Of a stretch of 64,000 nt of DNA, positions 1 to 9,179 are shown piece after piece. Position 1 is the first letter of the stretch. Each line of letters begins with the position of its first letter. The translations under genes and the position numbers were made by a program. The stretch is taken from the NCBI GenBank assembly GCA_963806035.1, contig CAWDWO010000022.1:11737-75736 (forward strand), given 5' to 3'. The notes beneath the pieces were generated by a model, which worked only from the letters and a program-made list of their open reading frames with translations, made no database searches and was not told the DNA's origin. The stretch is from Candidatus Krumholzibacteriota bacterium (GTDB taxonomy: Bacteria; Krumholzibacteriota; Krumholzibacteriia; JAJRXK01).

Positions 1-473
1 CGCTCCACCACCCGCTCCTCGGCCGGTCCGAACACGAGCTCGATCACGGGCACCTCGGGCAGCGCGCGCGCGAGGAAGGGGAGCTGCACTTCCACCGAGT
101 GTTCACAGAAGGCGGGACCCTCCGCGCCGCGACCCAGGACCCGCGCGAGTTCGTCCCTCAGCTCACAGCTGGTGGGAAGCGCCCCCAAGGGGCTCTCGTA
201 TCCATCGGCCTGAAACAGCCGGACCCCCCTTACCCGCACGCGATGACTGGGGCCCAGAAGAACCACCGCCTCCGGTTTCAGTCCGCGAAAGGTTCCGAAG
301 GCCATTCCGGCCGTCATTCCCGAGTAGATGTATCCGGCGTGAGGAACCACCGCTCCGAGGATCTTGCCGCTCACTTTCTTGGGAGCGTGGTCGAGGAAGT
401 GGTCCACCACCTCGGCCAAGGCGTCCGGTTCGGCCGGGTAGAAGCTGCCGTCAAACGCGGTTGCGAGTCGCAT
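1..473 (-). CDS. amrB: MEMO1 family / AmmeMemoRadiSam system protein B (partial; runs off the window start)
   Basis: Not in the ORF track. Manual translation from ATG 473 gives MRLATAFDGSFYPAEPDAL...VVPHAGYIYSG...VVLLGPSH...EHSVEVQLPFL, carrying the GxFYP, PHAGYxYSG, GPSH and EHSxEVQLPFL motifs of the family. Confidence 0.9.
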   Translation of the reverse strand, partial: MRLATAFDGSFYPAEPDALAEVVDHFLDHAPKKVSGKILGAVVPHAGYIYSGMTAGMAFGTFRGLKPEAVVLLGPSHRVRVRGVRLFQADGYESPLGALPTSCELRDELARVLGRGAEGPAFCEHSVEVQLPFLARALPEVPVIELVFGPAEERVVE

Positions 474-2085
474 CGTCTTTCTTCCCTTTGAGCGGGCAAA
501 GGTGGGCCTCTTCGCCGCTTCGAAGATGAGTGTCGCCGGAGAATTGCTCGTCGTTTCGCTGGGGAAACTGAGCCAGTGCGTGGAGACCGCGGCTCTCCTT
601 GCGAAAGCTCGCGCAGCGCACCACGAGACTTCCAAACAGCGTTACGTTGCGCAGCTCGAGAAGATCGATGCTCGGCCTCTGCGCCCGGTATGAACGCTCC
701 GCCTCGGCCACCATCTCGTCCATCCGGCGCTGTGCGACTTCCAGACGTATCAGGTCACGCTGGATGCCAACGTAATTCCACATGGTTTTGCGCGCCGTTT
801 CCCAGTCGTGCTGCAAGGGCGTGGGCTCCTTGGCCCCGCTCCCCAAATCCGGAACGATCGCGGAGTTGATCTTCGGCGACTCGTCCGCCAGGCGCCGCGA
901 GATCTCCTCCGCGGCTCTTTCGCCGTAGTAGAGAGCCTCGAGCAGGCTGTTGGAAGCCAGCCGATTGGCGCCGTGAATGCCGGTCAGAGCGGCTTCGCCC
1001 ACCACGAACAGACCCTCGAGATCACTGGCGCCCTGATCGTCGGTCACCACGCCCCCGCACGCGTAATGCGCGGCGGGCACCACCGGGATCATGTCGCGAG
1101 TCAGATCGATTCCGTACTCCATGCAGCGCGCGCGAATGTTGGGGAATCTGCGGGAGGCCAACTCCGTGGGGATGACCGTGGCGTCGAGGAGAACGTGCTT
1201 GTCTCCGCGCGCCTTCATCTCGCTGTCGATGGCGCGCGCCACGATGTCCCGCGGAGCCAGGTCCGCCAATTCATGATAGCGGGGCATGAAGGCCTCGCCA
1301 TCCAGAGTTCGAAGCACCGCGCCCTCTCCACGCACTGCTTCGCTGATGAGGAAGCTCTTCGCCAAGGGATGATACAGACAGGTGGGATGAAATTGCTCGA
1401 ACTCCAGGTTTCCCACGGTTGCGCCCGCCCGCCACGCCATGGCGACCCCATCGCCGGTGGCGATGTCGGGATTCGTGGTATAGCGATACACCTTCCCCGA
1501 GCCTCCGGTCGCCACCACCGTATAGCTTGCAAGGTTCGCCAAGGCCTCCCCGCTGCGTTCGTTCAGGACCAGCGCCCCCACCACCCGTCCGTTCTCGTCT
1601 TTCAGCAGATCGATCGCGAAGTGATCCTCCAGGACTTGCACCGAGGGATGAGCGCGCACTGCCGCGAGCATCGAATGCTCCACTGCGCGACCGGTGAAGT
1701 CTCCGGAGTGCACCACCCTGCGGCGGCTGTGCCCGCCTTCACGGCCCATCTCGTAGCTGCCGTCTTCCTCGCGATCGAAGTCCATCCCCACCGCGAGCAA
1801 GCCCTCGATGAGACGAGGGGCGCTCTCCACCATGGCGCGGACCCGGCCTTCGTGGCACAGGCCCGCCCCGGCGGTGAGAGTGTCCTGTACGTGAAATTCG
1901 AAATCGTCGTCCGAGCCCAGAACCGCCGCGATCCCGCCCTGGGCGCGGTTGGTATTGCTGTGGTGGTCGCGGGCCTTGGTCACCAGACGAACCCGGGCGG
2001 TCTTGGCCAGGCTGAGAGCCGCGCGCAAGCCGGCCAGCCCGCTGCCGATGACCAAGACGTCCACTGAAGACGAGAGCGATCGCAT
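451..2085 (-). CDS. nadB: L-aspartate oxidase
   Basis: GSGLAG FAD motif, AQGGIA, EGGHS, QFHPT, HGANRLASNSLLE and ESRGLH. Confidence 0.95.
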   Translation of the reverse strand: MRSLSSSVDVLVIGSGLAGLRAALSLAKTARVRLVTKARDHHSNTNRAQGGIAAVLGSDDDFEFHVQDTLTAGAGLCHEGRVRAMVESAPRLIEGLLAVGMDFDREEDGSYEMGREGGHSRRRVVHSGDFTGRAVEHSMLAAVRAHPSVQVLEDHFAIDLLKDENGRVVGALVLNERSGEALANLASYTVVATGGSGKVYRYTTNPDIATGDGVAMAWRAGATVGNLEFEQFHPTCLYHPLAKSFLISEAVRGEGAVLRTLDGEAFMPRYHELADLAPRDIVARAIDSEMKARGDKHVLLDATVIPTELASRRFPNIRARCMEYGIDLTRDMIPVVPAAHYACGGVVTDDQGASDLEGLFVVGEAALTGIHGANRLASNSLLEALYYGERAAEEISRRLADESPKINSAIVPDLGSGAKEPTPLQHDWETARKTMWNYVGIQRDLIRLEVAQRRMDEMVAEAERSYRAQRPSIDLLELRNVTLFGSLVVRCASFRKESRGLHALAQFPQRNDEQFSGDTHLRSGEEAHLCPLKGKKDDATRNRV

Positions 2086-2263
2086 GGAGGATCCTTTCAG
2101 CGCTAGCGCCCATAGGGTAGGCGAAAGGGGGCCTGATGGCGAAATGGGAAGTCCCCGCGCCCCACCAAGGGAGTGCAGCTTGCGCGCCCCAGACGCTTCC
2201 GCGCTCGCAGGCTGCGGCCCAAAGTTCGAGTATTACATGTCTCATACTGCGTAGCTAACTGTT

Positions 2264-2276
2264 AATTAACGACTTA
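2264..2276 (+). promoter_or_regulatory. IHF-like binding site
   Basis: AATTAACGACTTA has one mismatch to WATCAANNNNTTR. It sits in an AT-rich patch just upstream of a sigma-54 motif. Confidence 0.45.
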
Positions 2277-2291
2277 AAAAGCCCGAAACCA

Positions 2292-2307
2292 TGGCACGTG
2301 CTATGCG
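2292..2307 (+). promoter_or_regulatory. Sigma-54 (-24/-12) promoter
   Basis: TGGCACGTGCTATGCG has GG-N10-GC spacing and a TGGCACG -24 box, oriented toward the + strand lipoprotein gene. Confidence 0.65.
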
Positions 2308-2394
2308 AGTTTCCTCCCAGCTTCCGTACCGCTCACGCTCCCTCGCCCTCCTCGGAGCAAAGCGGGACGGTTCGCCTTGCGAAGGGGGCTTTCG

Positions 2395-2982
2395 GTGCGC
2401 GCTCAATGGATCACCTTCCTGCTCATGGGACTCTGCTCGCTGCTGCTGCTGGGCTGCTCCGACGACGGCATCAATCGAAGTGTGATGGAGGTCGTCTCCG
2501 TCAACGACGGCGCTCCGGTGGTCGTCTCCCAGCGCGACCCGGGACCGGACCGAACGATCAACACCGCCGACGATTTCATTCCGCCGAGCAGCGTGACGCT
2601 CACCGTGGCCAATCGCGCCTATGACGCCTCGCTCAGCGCAACCGAATCCGAGCCCTTCGGCGCCTACCTCATCGAGAGCGTGAGGATCCAGTGGCAGCCG
2701 CTGGGCCCCGAAGCTGCCGGCGATCAGCTGCTCGACTACGATCAGAGCTATCCGCTGAACGAAATCGTGAGGCGCGGAACTCAGGTGGAGCTGAACATCG
2801 TCTTGGTCACCCAGGAAATGAAGTCGCAGAGCTTTCTGCAGGACCTGGTCAATACCCAAGATGTGATTCTGGCGAATGCGATTCTGACCTTCAGTGGACA
2901 CGACACCGCGGCCAGTGACGCTCCCTATGGCTTTGGCGTGACGATTCCGGTTCAGTTCGTCGGGCTGGCTGCCCCGAAGTGA
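2395..2982 (+). CDS. Hypothetical lipoprotein
   Basis: GTG at 2395 follows an AAGGGGG RBS. MRAQWITFLLMGLCSLLLLG-C is a lipobox signal; the mature region looks beta-rich. The ORF track starts at 2377. Confidence 0.75.
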   Translation: MRAQWITFLLMGLCSLLLLGCSDDGINRSVMEVVSVNDGAPVVVSQRDPGPDRTINTADDFIPPSSVTLTVANRAYDASLSATESEPFGAYLIESVRIQWQPLGPEAAGDQLLDYDQSYPLNEIVRRGTQVELNIVLVTQEMKSQSFLQDLVNTQDVILANAILTFSGHDTAASDAPYGFGVTIPVQFVGLAAPK

Positions 2983-2987
2983 AGCGG

Positions 2988-4058
2988 CTAGAGAGCCGAT
3001 GCGCTCTTGCCCGGTGCTTCTACTCCGGGACCCGCGGATTCGATTCTTCCCTGCATGGCTCGCAGAAATGCCGTTAGGGGATCCTCGCCCTCCCACTCCA
3101 CGCCGGAGCGCAGGGCCCACAGCGGTAGAGGAAGCTCGAGAGCGGAGAGGCGCGCGAGGTTTTTCTCGGGACAGAGGAGAAAGCCAAGCCCGCGTCGGCG
3201 TGCCACCGCTTCGATCTCTGCAGCGTGCTCAGAATCGAAAGAGGCATGATCGGAGTAACGCAGGGCGGCGACGGCCTGCGCTCCCGCGCTCCTGGCATCT
3301 TCCTCGAAGGACTCCGGACGCGCCAAGCCGCTGAGCAGAAGACAGGGGCCCATGCTCTTTAGCTCGCTCAAGGGCGCCTGCTCTCCCCCAGGCCCGCGCA
3401 GATTCTGCGGCGCGAGGCGAAACACGTAGACTTGCGCACAGTATCGCCGCGCCACTTCGACCAGGCGCTCGGACAGAGGATCTCCCTTTTCCCGACGCAC
3501 CATGATCATCTGGCAGCGAGCGAGGCCACTCATCGTTTCGCGTGCGGGACCCGCCGGCAGAACTCGCGGCGGATTCATGAGGTCTTTGGCCAGAACGACG
3601 GCGACTTGCAACGAGGCGCGAACCCGCGACTGCAGCGAATCGTCCAGGATGACCATCTGCGCCCCTTCGCGCGCGGCCTGTGCGTGGGCCCGGCGGCGGT
3701 CGGAGTCGAGAACGACGGTGGCGCCCGTTTCCTTTCGCAACCACTCCGGCTCGTCTCCTCCGCCAGCGGAGCGATAGCCGCGGCTGAGAATTGCACAGCG
3801 CACACCGCGTTCGCGCAGCATTTGGCACAACCAGGAGACCAGCGGAGTCTTTCCCGTTCCTCCCACCCGCAGATTGCCGAATCCCACGCTGAGGGGGGGC
3901 TCGAAGAGCGCGGGGCGCGGGCGCAGGCCACGATCGGCCCAGCTGACGGTGCGGTAGATCCAGGAGGCGGGCTCCAAAAAGAGTGACCAGGGGCTGTCGC
4001 GTTCGTCCAGCGCACCCAGTACCCTCTCGGGCCAAGTTCTATGATCCAGTATGTCCAT
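2988..4058 (-). CDS. lpxK: Tetraacyldisaccharide 4'-kinase
   Basis: GNLRVGGTGKTP, LSRGY, GDEP, ILDD, LPAGPARE and DH motifs. Start placed at ATG 4058. Confidence 0.9.
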   Translation of the reverse strand: MDILDHRTWPERVLGALDERDSPWSLFLEPASWIYRTVSWADRGLRPRPALFEPPLSVGFGNLRVGGTGKTPLVSWLCQMLRERGVRCAILSRGYRSAGGGDEPEWLRKETGATVVLDSDRRRAHAQAAREGAQMVILDDSLQSRVRASLQVAVVLAKDLMNPPRVLPAGPARETMSGLARCQMIMVRREKGDPLSERLVEVARRYCAQVYVFRLAPQNLRGPGGEQAPLSELKSMGPCLLLSGLARPESFEEDARSAGAQAVAALRYSDHASFDSEHAAEIEAVARRRGLGFLLCPEKNLARLSALELPLPLWALRSGVEWEGEDPLTAFLRAMQGRIESAGPGVEAPGKSASAL

Positions 4059-4740
4059 AACTGGAATGCGCCGGGGGTTGTGGTTGCAGCAGGAGCTCGT
4101 CCCGCCAGTTGCCTTCGAGCTGCCGCGCCAGGCTTCGCCCGGCGGCATCGAGACCCTCTGCGCCCTCGCCGACGAACACGGGGCTCTTCACCTCCACCCG
4201 CACCCGGCTCGCGGGAAGCGGAAGCTCGAAGTGATCCCAGCTCTTGCGCAGCACGATCTTGGATCCGCTGGTCGCCAGCAAGGGCACGATGGGCACCTTC
4301 GCGCAACGCGCCAGACGCAGAACCCCCTCCTGGATGATTCCGCGCGGCCCGTGCGGTCCATCCACCGCCAGGCCCAGGCTCCTTCCGCGCGCCAGAGTGC
4401 GCAGAGCCGCAAGCGCGGCCACCCGACCACCGAGGGAGGTGCTTCCCCGCACGAATTCGAAACCGTAGGGGCGCAACAGGGACGCCAACAGCTCACCGTC
4501 GCGACTCTTGCTGATCACGATGCTCAGCCCATAGGGTTCCACCGCGAAGAGCAAGGGGAGGAGATGCCCGTGCCGCGACACGAAGATCATGGCCTGGCCG
4601 GCCCGGGCTCGCTCGAGCACTTCGACTCGCCCTTCCAGACGGAGCCGCACGCTCTTGCGCAGGAGGGCGTAGACCGCACGCAAAGGTGGAATGCGCGGAT
4701 CCGAAGCTGATTTCGACAGGATGTCCACGGTAGCGCTCAA
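4039..4740 (-). CDS. DUF374 / lysophospholipid acyltransferase family protein (start uncertain)
   Basis: ISKSRDGE, VRGSTSLGG, VDGPHGP and SWDHFELPLP motifs; located between lpxB and lpxK. Confidence 0.85.
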   Translation of the reverse strand: MSATVDILSKSASDPRIPPLRAVYALLRKSVRLRLEGRVEVLERARAGQAMIFVSRHGHLLPLLFAVEPYGLSIVISKSRDGELLASLLRPYGFEFVRGSTSLGGRVAALAALRTLARGRSLGLAVDGPHGPRGIIQEGVLRLARCAKVPIVPLLATSGSKIVLRKSWDHFELPLPASRVRVEVKSPVFVGEGAEGLDAAGRSLARQLEGNWRDELLLQPQPPAHSSYGHTGS

Positions 4741-4748
4741 TATACGGT

Positions 4749-5882
4749 TCAGACCGGCTTCTCGTCGAGGATCTGCAGAGCCATTCGCGCCACATTTCGC
4801 GCCGCGCCCTCGCCCTTTCCCAGACACTTAAAGAGTTCGTCGAAGGCGCGCTCCTGCTCGGCCCGCGCCGCGGACTTTGGATCGAGAAGTTGGCGCATCG
4901 CCGCCACCAAGCTCTCCGGATGCAGCTCCTTCTGTAGGAATTCGGGGAAGGCGGTCCTACCCAGGACGATGTTGGACATTCCGATGGCCTGGACCGTGGC
5001 CAGCTGTCGCGCCACCGCGTAGGTCAGTCTCGAAGTGCGGTAGACGATGACGTGCGGGGTCCTGGAAAGAGCGGTTTCCACGCTGGCCGTGCCACTGCAG
5101 ACGATCGCGAGCTCGGAGGAGATCAGGTGCTGGATCAGAGGCCCCTCGACGAGCTCCAATTCGGGACAGAGCTGGGCCATCTCGGCCAAGAGTCCGCGGG
5201 GAAGACCGGGCGCCCGGCTCACCCGCACTCGGTTAACCGCTCCCTCGGCACGCAAGCGACACGCGGCTTGGGCCATGCTGGGACCGATGCGGCGGATTTC
5301 CTGCGGGCGGCTGCCCGGAATGAGGAGAAGTCCCTCGCGCCGGGCCGCGCCACTCTCGAGCACCGCCGCGTGTTGATCCAGCAGAGGATGACCCACGAAG
5401 GTGGCATCGATTCCGTGCTCTCGATAGTAGTTCTCCTCGAAGGGAAAAATGACGGCGCAGCGATGAACGCTGGCCCTGAGAGCGCGGTTGCGCCACGCGC
5501 CCCAGGACCAGGTCTTGGGTGGAATGTAGTGGAGAGTCTTGATGCCGCGCTTCTTCATCGCGCCGGCCAGACTGAGGTGAAACCCTGGATAGTCGACCGC
5601 AAGCAACAGATCGACTCCCTCTTCGCGGGCTCGTTCGGCGATCCTCTCCCGCAGCCGGCGCAGTCGCGGCAGATGTCGGATGACTTCGGCAAAGCCCATG
5701 ACGGAGAGCTCGTCCAGTCCGGCCCAGATCTGTTCGACTTGCTCGTTCAGACGCGAGCCGCCGATGCCCACCAGACGCACTTCGGGTCTTTCGATTTTGA
5801 GCTGATGCGCGAGCTCGCTGGCGTAGTTCTCTCCGCTTGGTTCTCCGCAAGAGATGAGAACGCTGCCGGCCTTGGCGGACAT
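4749..5882 (-). CDS. lpxB: Lipid-A-disaccharide synthase
   Basis: GEPSG, LSVMGFAEV, VDYPGF, FVGHPL, PGSRPQE and SGTA motifs. Confidence 0.95.
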   Translation of the reverse strand: MSAKAGSVLISCGEPSGENYASELAHQLKIERPEVRLVGIGGSRLNEQVEQIWAGLDELSVMGFAEVIRHLPRLRRLRERIAERAREEGVDLLLAVDYPGFHLSLAGAMKKRGIKTLHYIPPKTWSWGAWRNRALRASVHRCAVIFPFEENYYREHGIDATFVGHPLLDQHAAVLESGAARREGLLLIPGSRPQEIRRIGPSMAQAACRLRAEGAVNRVRVSRAPGLPRGLLAEMAQLCPELELVEGPLIQHLISSELAIVCSGTASVETALSRTPHVIVYRTSRLTYAVARQLATVQAIGMSNIVLGRTAFPEFLQKELHPESLVAAMRQLLDPKSAARAEQERAFDELFKCLGKGEGAARNVARMALQILDEKPV

Positions 5883-5893
5883 GCTTGGATCAC

Positions 5894-6694
5894 TCAGCGG
5901 CAGATTCCGCGGTGGCTGCGCGAGAAGAAGTCCTCGAATGCTTCAGCGATGAGTTCGTCTCCGCATTCGCGAATCCTCTTCTTCGCCTCTTCGATGGGGA
6001 GGCCGCGGCGGTACAGGGCACGGTAGGCGTCCTTCACGGTCGCGATGCGCGCATCGCTGAAACCCCGCCGGCGCAAGCCCATGGAGTTGATCCCTCCCAC
6101 CTTGAGTGGACTACCCGCGGCGCGGACGAAGGGGGGAACGTCGACCACCAAGCGGCTCGCTCCGCCCACGAAGGCATGAGCACCCACGACCGAGAACTGA
6201 TGGACTCCGACGACTCCACCTACGATGGCCCAATCCGAGATGTGGACGTGGCCACCGAGCTGCGTGGCGTTGGCGATGATGACGTTGTTGCCGATGGAAC
6301 AGTTGTGGGCCACGTGGGCGTAGGTCATCAGCAGGCAGTGATCGCCCACGCTGGTCAGGCCTTCAGGCGTGGTGGCGACGTTCAGGCTGGCGTATTCGCG
6401 AATGGTCGTGTCGTTGCCGATTTCGGCGGAGCAGACCTCGCCCCTGTATTTCAAGTCCTGAGGTGGCGTGCCCAGGACCGCGCCCGTGTAGATGCGATTC
6501 CTTTTTCCGATGTGCAGCTTGCCCTCGAGAACGACGTGTCCCCTGATTTCAGTTCCTTCGTCGATGCGCACGTAGGGGCCGATGATGGAATAGGGACCGA
6601 CGCGCACGTCCGACGCGAGTTCAGCCCTACTGTCGATGACGGCAGTGGGATGAATGAGAGGTCCTGAATCGTGCGATTTGTCGCTGCTCATCAC
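5894..6694 (-). CDS. lpxA: UDP-N-acetylglucosamine O-acyltransferase
   Basis: IHPTAVI, hexapeptide repeats, PQDLKY, HVAHNC, VHQF and GLRRRGF. Confidence 0.95.
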   Translation of the reverse strand: MMSSDKSHDSGPLIHPTAVIDSRAELASDVRVGPYSIIGPYVRIDEGTEIRGHVVLEGKLHIGKRNRIYTGAVLGTPPQDLKYRGEVCSAEIGNDTTIREYASLNVATTPEGLTSVGDHCLLMTYAHVAHNCSIGNNVIIANATQLGGHVHISDWAIVGGVVGVHQFSVVGAHAFVGGASRLVVDVPPFVRAAGSPLKVGGINSMGLRRRGFSDARIATVKDAYRALYRRGLPIEEAKKRIRECGDELIAEAFEDFFSRSHRGICR

Positions 6695-6701
6695 TGATCC
6701 T

Positions 6702-8015
6702 CTAGCGGTTCACGATCGCCGCCAACATTTCCGCCTCGGCCACGCGCTCGCCGTCCACGGTGGCGAAGGCGGCCATTTTGCAGGTGTTGCGCCGGAAACG
6801 TACCAGCGTAAGATCGATGATCAGTTGATCACCGGGCAAGACCGGCTTGCGGAATCGGGCTTTGTCGATCGAGGAGAAATACACGAGCTTGGTCTCCGGT
6901 TGCTCGATCATACTCAGCAGCAGCACGCCACCCAGTTGCGCCATGGATTCCACGATCAGCACTCCGGGCATGATCGGATGGCCGGGGAAATGTCCCCTGA
7001 AGAAGGGCTCGTTGATCGTGACGTTCTTGAGCCCTCTCGCCCGTTTGCCCGGTTCCACTTCGAGAACTCTGTCGATGAGCAGGAACGGGTAGCGATGGGG
7101 CAAGAACTCCATGAGAGCGCTGATGTCCCAGTAGGTTGGTTTCTTGGCCGGATAGATGCCCATCCGGCGCTTCTCCAGGGAAGCAAGACGGCGCACGAAG
7201 CGCACGTTCGTCTCGTGACCACTTTTCAGACTGATGACGTGACCCTTGATCGGCATCCCCAGAAGGGCCAAGTCTCCAAGCAGGTCCAGGATCTTGTGCC
7301 GGACGAATTCATCGGGGAAACGCAAACCCTCGTCGTTCAGGACGCGGTCCTCATCGACCACCAGGGCATTCTGATAGGTGCCCCCCTTGATGAGTCCCAT
7401 CGCTTGCAGGTGGTCGATTTCCCGCTTGAGCGCGAAGGTGCGGCTGGGCGCGATCTCCTTGGCGAAGGACTCGGGCGTGATGGCGTAGCTGCCATACTGG
7501 GTGCCGATCACCGAATTGTCGTACTGAATGGTGAAGCTGAGCCGGAAACCGTCGTAGGGAATGGCGGTAATTCCGATCTGTCCCTGACTCCACTGTACCG
7601 GCCGTTTCACCTCGTAGTAGACGACCGGGACACCCTGTTCGACGATACCGACCTCGAGCAACTTGTCCACGAAGGCGCGGCAGGACCCCTCCTCCGGCTC
7701 CGGCGGCTCGGAAGCGTCCAGCTCGATCCACGCGTTGTCGATCCGGAGTCCGTAGAGGGAGGCAAGCACGTGCTCGACGGTGTGAATCTCCACCCCGCCG
7801 CCGCGCAGTGTGGTATTGCGCTGGAAGGGCTGGTCGTCCTGGATGGAATCCACGTTCGCGGGAATGACCACCCAGTCCTCGCCCCTGCGCACTCTGAATT
7901 GCAGTCCGTGATTGGGCTCGGCGGGAACGAAGCGGACCCGCGCTTTCTCGCCGGTGTGAAGCCCGATTCCCTCGAATTCTACCGGTGCCTTAAGAGTTCG
8001 TTGTTGACGCAGCAC
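6702..8015 (-). CDS. lpxC-fabZ: Bifunctional LpxC deacetylase / FabZ dehydratase fusion
   Basis: N-terminal QRTL..GIGLHTG, TVEH and HKILDLLGDL (LpxC); C-terminal LPHRYPFLLID, GHFP and PGVLIVE (FabZ). Confidence 0.95.
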   Translation of the reverse strand: MLRQQRTLKAPVEFEGIGLHTGEKARVRFVPAEPNHGLQFRVRRGEDWVVIPANVDSIQDDQPFQRNTTLRGGGVEIHTVEHVLASLYGLRIDNAWIELDASEPPEPEEGSCRAFVDKLLEVGIVEQGVPVVYYEVKRPVQWSQGQIGITAIPYDGFRLSFTIQYDNSVIGTQYGSYAITPESFAKEIAPSRTFALKREIDHLQAMGLIKGGTYQNALVVDEDRVLNDEGLRFPDEFVRHKILDLLGDLALLGMPIKGHVISLKSGHETNVRFVRRLASLEKRRMGIYPAKKPTYWDISALMEFLPHRYPFLLIDRVLEVEPGKRARGLKNVTINEPFFRGHFPGHPIMPGVLIVESMAQLGGVLLLSMIEQPETKLVYFSSIDKARFRKPVLPGDQLIIDLTLVRFRRNTCKMAAFATVDGERVAEAEMLAAIVNR

Positions 8016-9045
8016 TCTTCGACTTCTCCAGCTCTTGGATACGGCGCTTCAAATCGTTGATTTCTTCCGCGTAGCGTTCCAGGCGATTGTAGTGAACCAG
8101 AAGTCTGCGGGCCTCGCGCGAATTGCGCGCCGGATAGCCGAACCACTGCTCCCCTTGCGGGATGTCCTTGGAGATGCCGCTCTGGGCGCCGATTCGCGCA
8201 TCGTCACCGATGCTGATGTGACCCACCACGCCCACTTGACCGGCCATCATCACGTCGTTTCCGACATTGGTGGATCCGGAGATCCCTGTCTGCGCGCTGA
8301 TCACCGTGTGCCGGCCGATGGTGACGTTGTGGGCGATCTGGACCAGGTTGTCGATCTTCGTTCCGGTGCCGATGACGGTACGTCCCACGGTGGCGCGATC
8401 GACGCAGCTGTTGGCGCCGATCTCCACATCGTCCTCGATGATGACCTGGCCGATCTGCGGCACCTTGTGATAGGAGCCCGCCTGCTTGGCATACCCGAAG
8501 CCATCGCTTCCGATGATCGCTCCCGCGTGCAGAATGACCCTGTCACCGATTTGGCACTCTTCGCGGACCACGACGTTTGGGTAGAGCAGGCAGAGTTTGC
8601 CGATCTTGACCTTCGGCATGATCACCACGCCCGGTCCCACGATGGTGTGCTCCCCCACCACACAGCCTTCTCCGATGATCGCCCCGGGACCCACTCGCAC
8701 ACCCTTGCTCAGGGTCGCGGTTTCGTGCACCCGCGCGCTCCCATCGATTCCCTCGGCGAAGTAGTTTTGCTTGGGTTCGCAGAACAACTCGATGGAGCGC
8801 AAGAAGCCCAGGTGCGGATCGTCCATGCGGATCGCCGGCAGATCCGTCTTCAGATCGGGCCGGCAGATGAGAGCTGAAGCCGCGGTGTCTTCCAGGTAAT
8901 TGAGATAACGCGCGTGCGCGAGAAAGGTGATCTCTCCCGCTTGCGCCTCACGAATTCCCGCGACGCCGCAAATGAGCGGGTTGCCGCTGCCCTCGAGACG
9001 GCCGCCGATCCGCTCCGCTAGCTCCCGTAATTCGATTGACTCCAC
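7990..9045 (-). CDS. lpxD: UDP-3-O-acylglucosamine N-acyltransferase
   Basis: GSDGFGY, VPQIG, KIDNLVQIAHNV and hexapeptide repeats. Confidence 0.95.
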   Translation of the reverse strand: MESIELRELAERIGGRLEGSGNPLICGVAGIREAQAGEITFLAHARYLNYLEDTAASALICRPDLKTDLPAIRMDDPHLGFLRSIELFCEPKQNYFAEGIDGSARVHETATLSKGVRVGPGAIIGEGCVVGEHTIVGPGVVIMPKVKIGKLCLLYPNVVVREECQIGDRVILHAGAIIGSDGFGYAKQAGSYHKVPQIGQVIIEDDVEIGANSCVDRATVGRTVIGTGTKIDNLVQIAHNVTIGRHTVISAQTGISGSTNVGNDVMMAGQVGVVGHISIGDDARIGAQSGISKDIPQGEQWFGYPARNSREARRLLVHYNRLERYAEEINDLKRRIQELEKSKSAASTTNS

Positions 9046-9179
9046 TCTACGGCCTCCTCCGCGGGGACGGGCGCATCCCGGACCATACGTCGAAGGGGCC
9101 GCGGCGGCCCCTCTTCACGCATGACGCCGATTCATGCTGGCAGCTCGTCTGGACAATGTCAAATCCCAATGCTCGACCG

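Noticed and set aside
99..491. 130-aa + strand ORF at the window start
   Set aside because: It is antisense to the MEMO1-family gene, which has clear motifs on the minus strand.
2086..2230. Possible NAD-related riboswitch or ncRNA upstream of nadB
   Set aside because: I could not recognise any conserved aptamer motif by eye. An Rfam covariance-model search would be needed.
6702..8015. LpxC-FabZ fusion as a novelty
   Set aside because: This fusion is already known from Bacteroidota and related lineages. It is useful only as a taxonomic hint.
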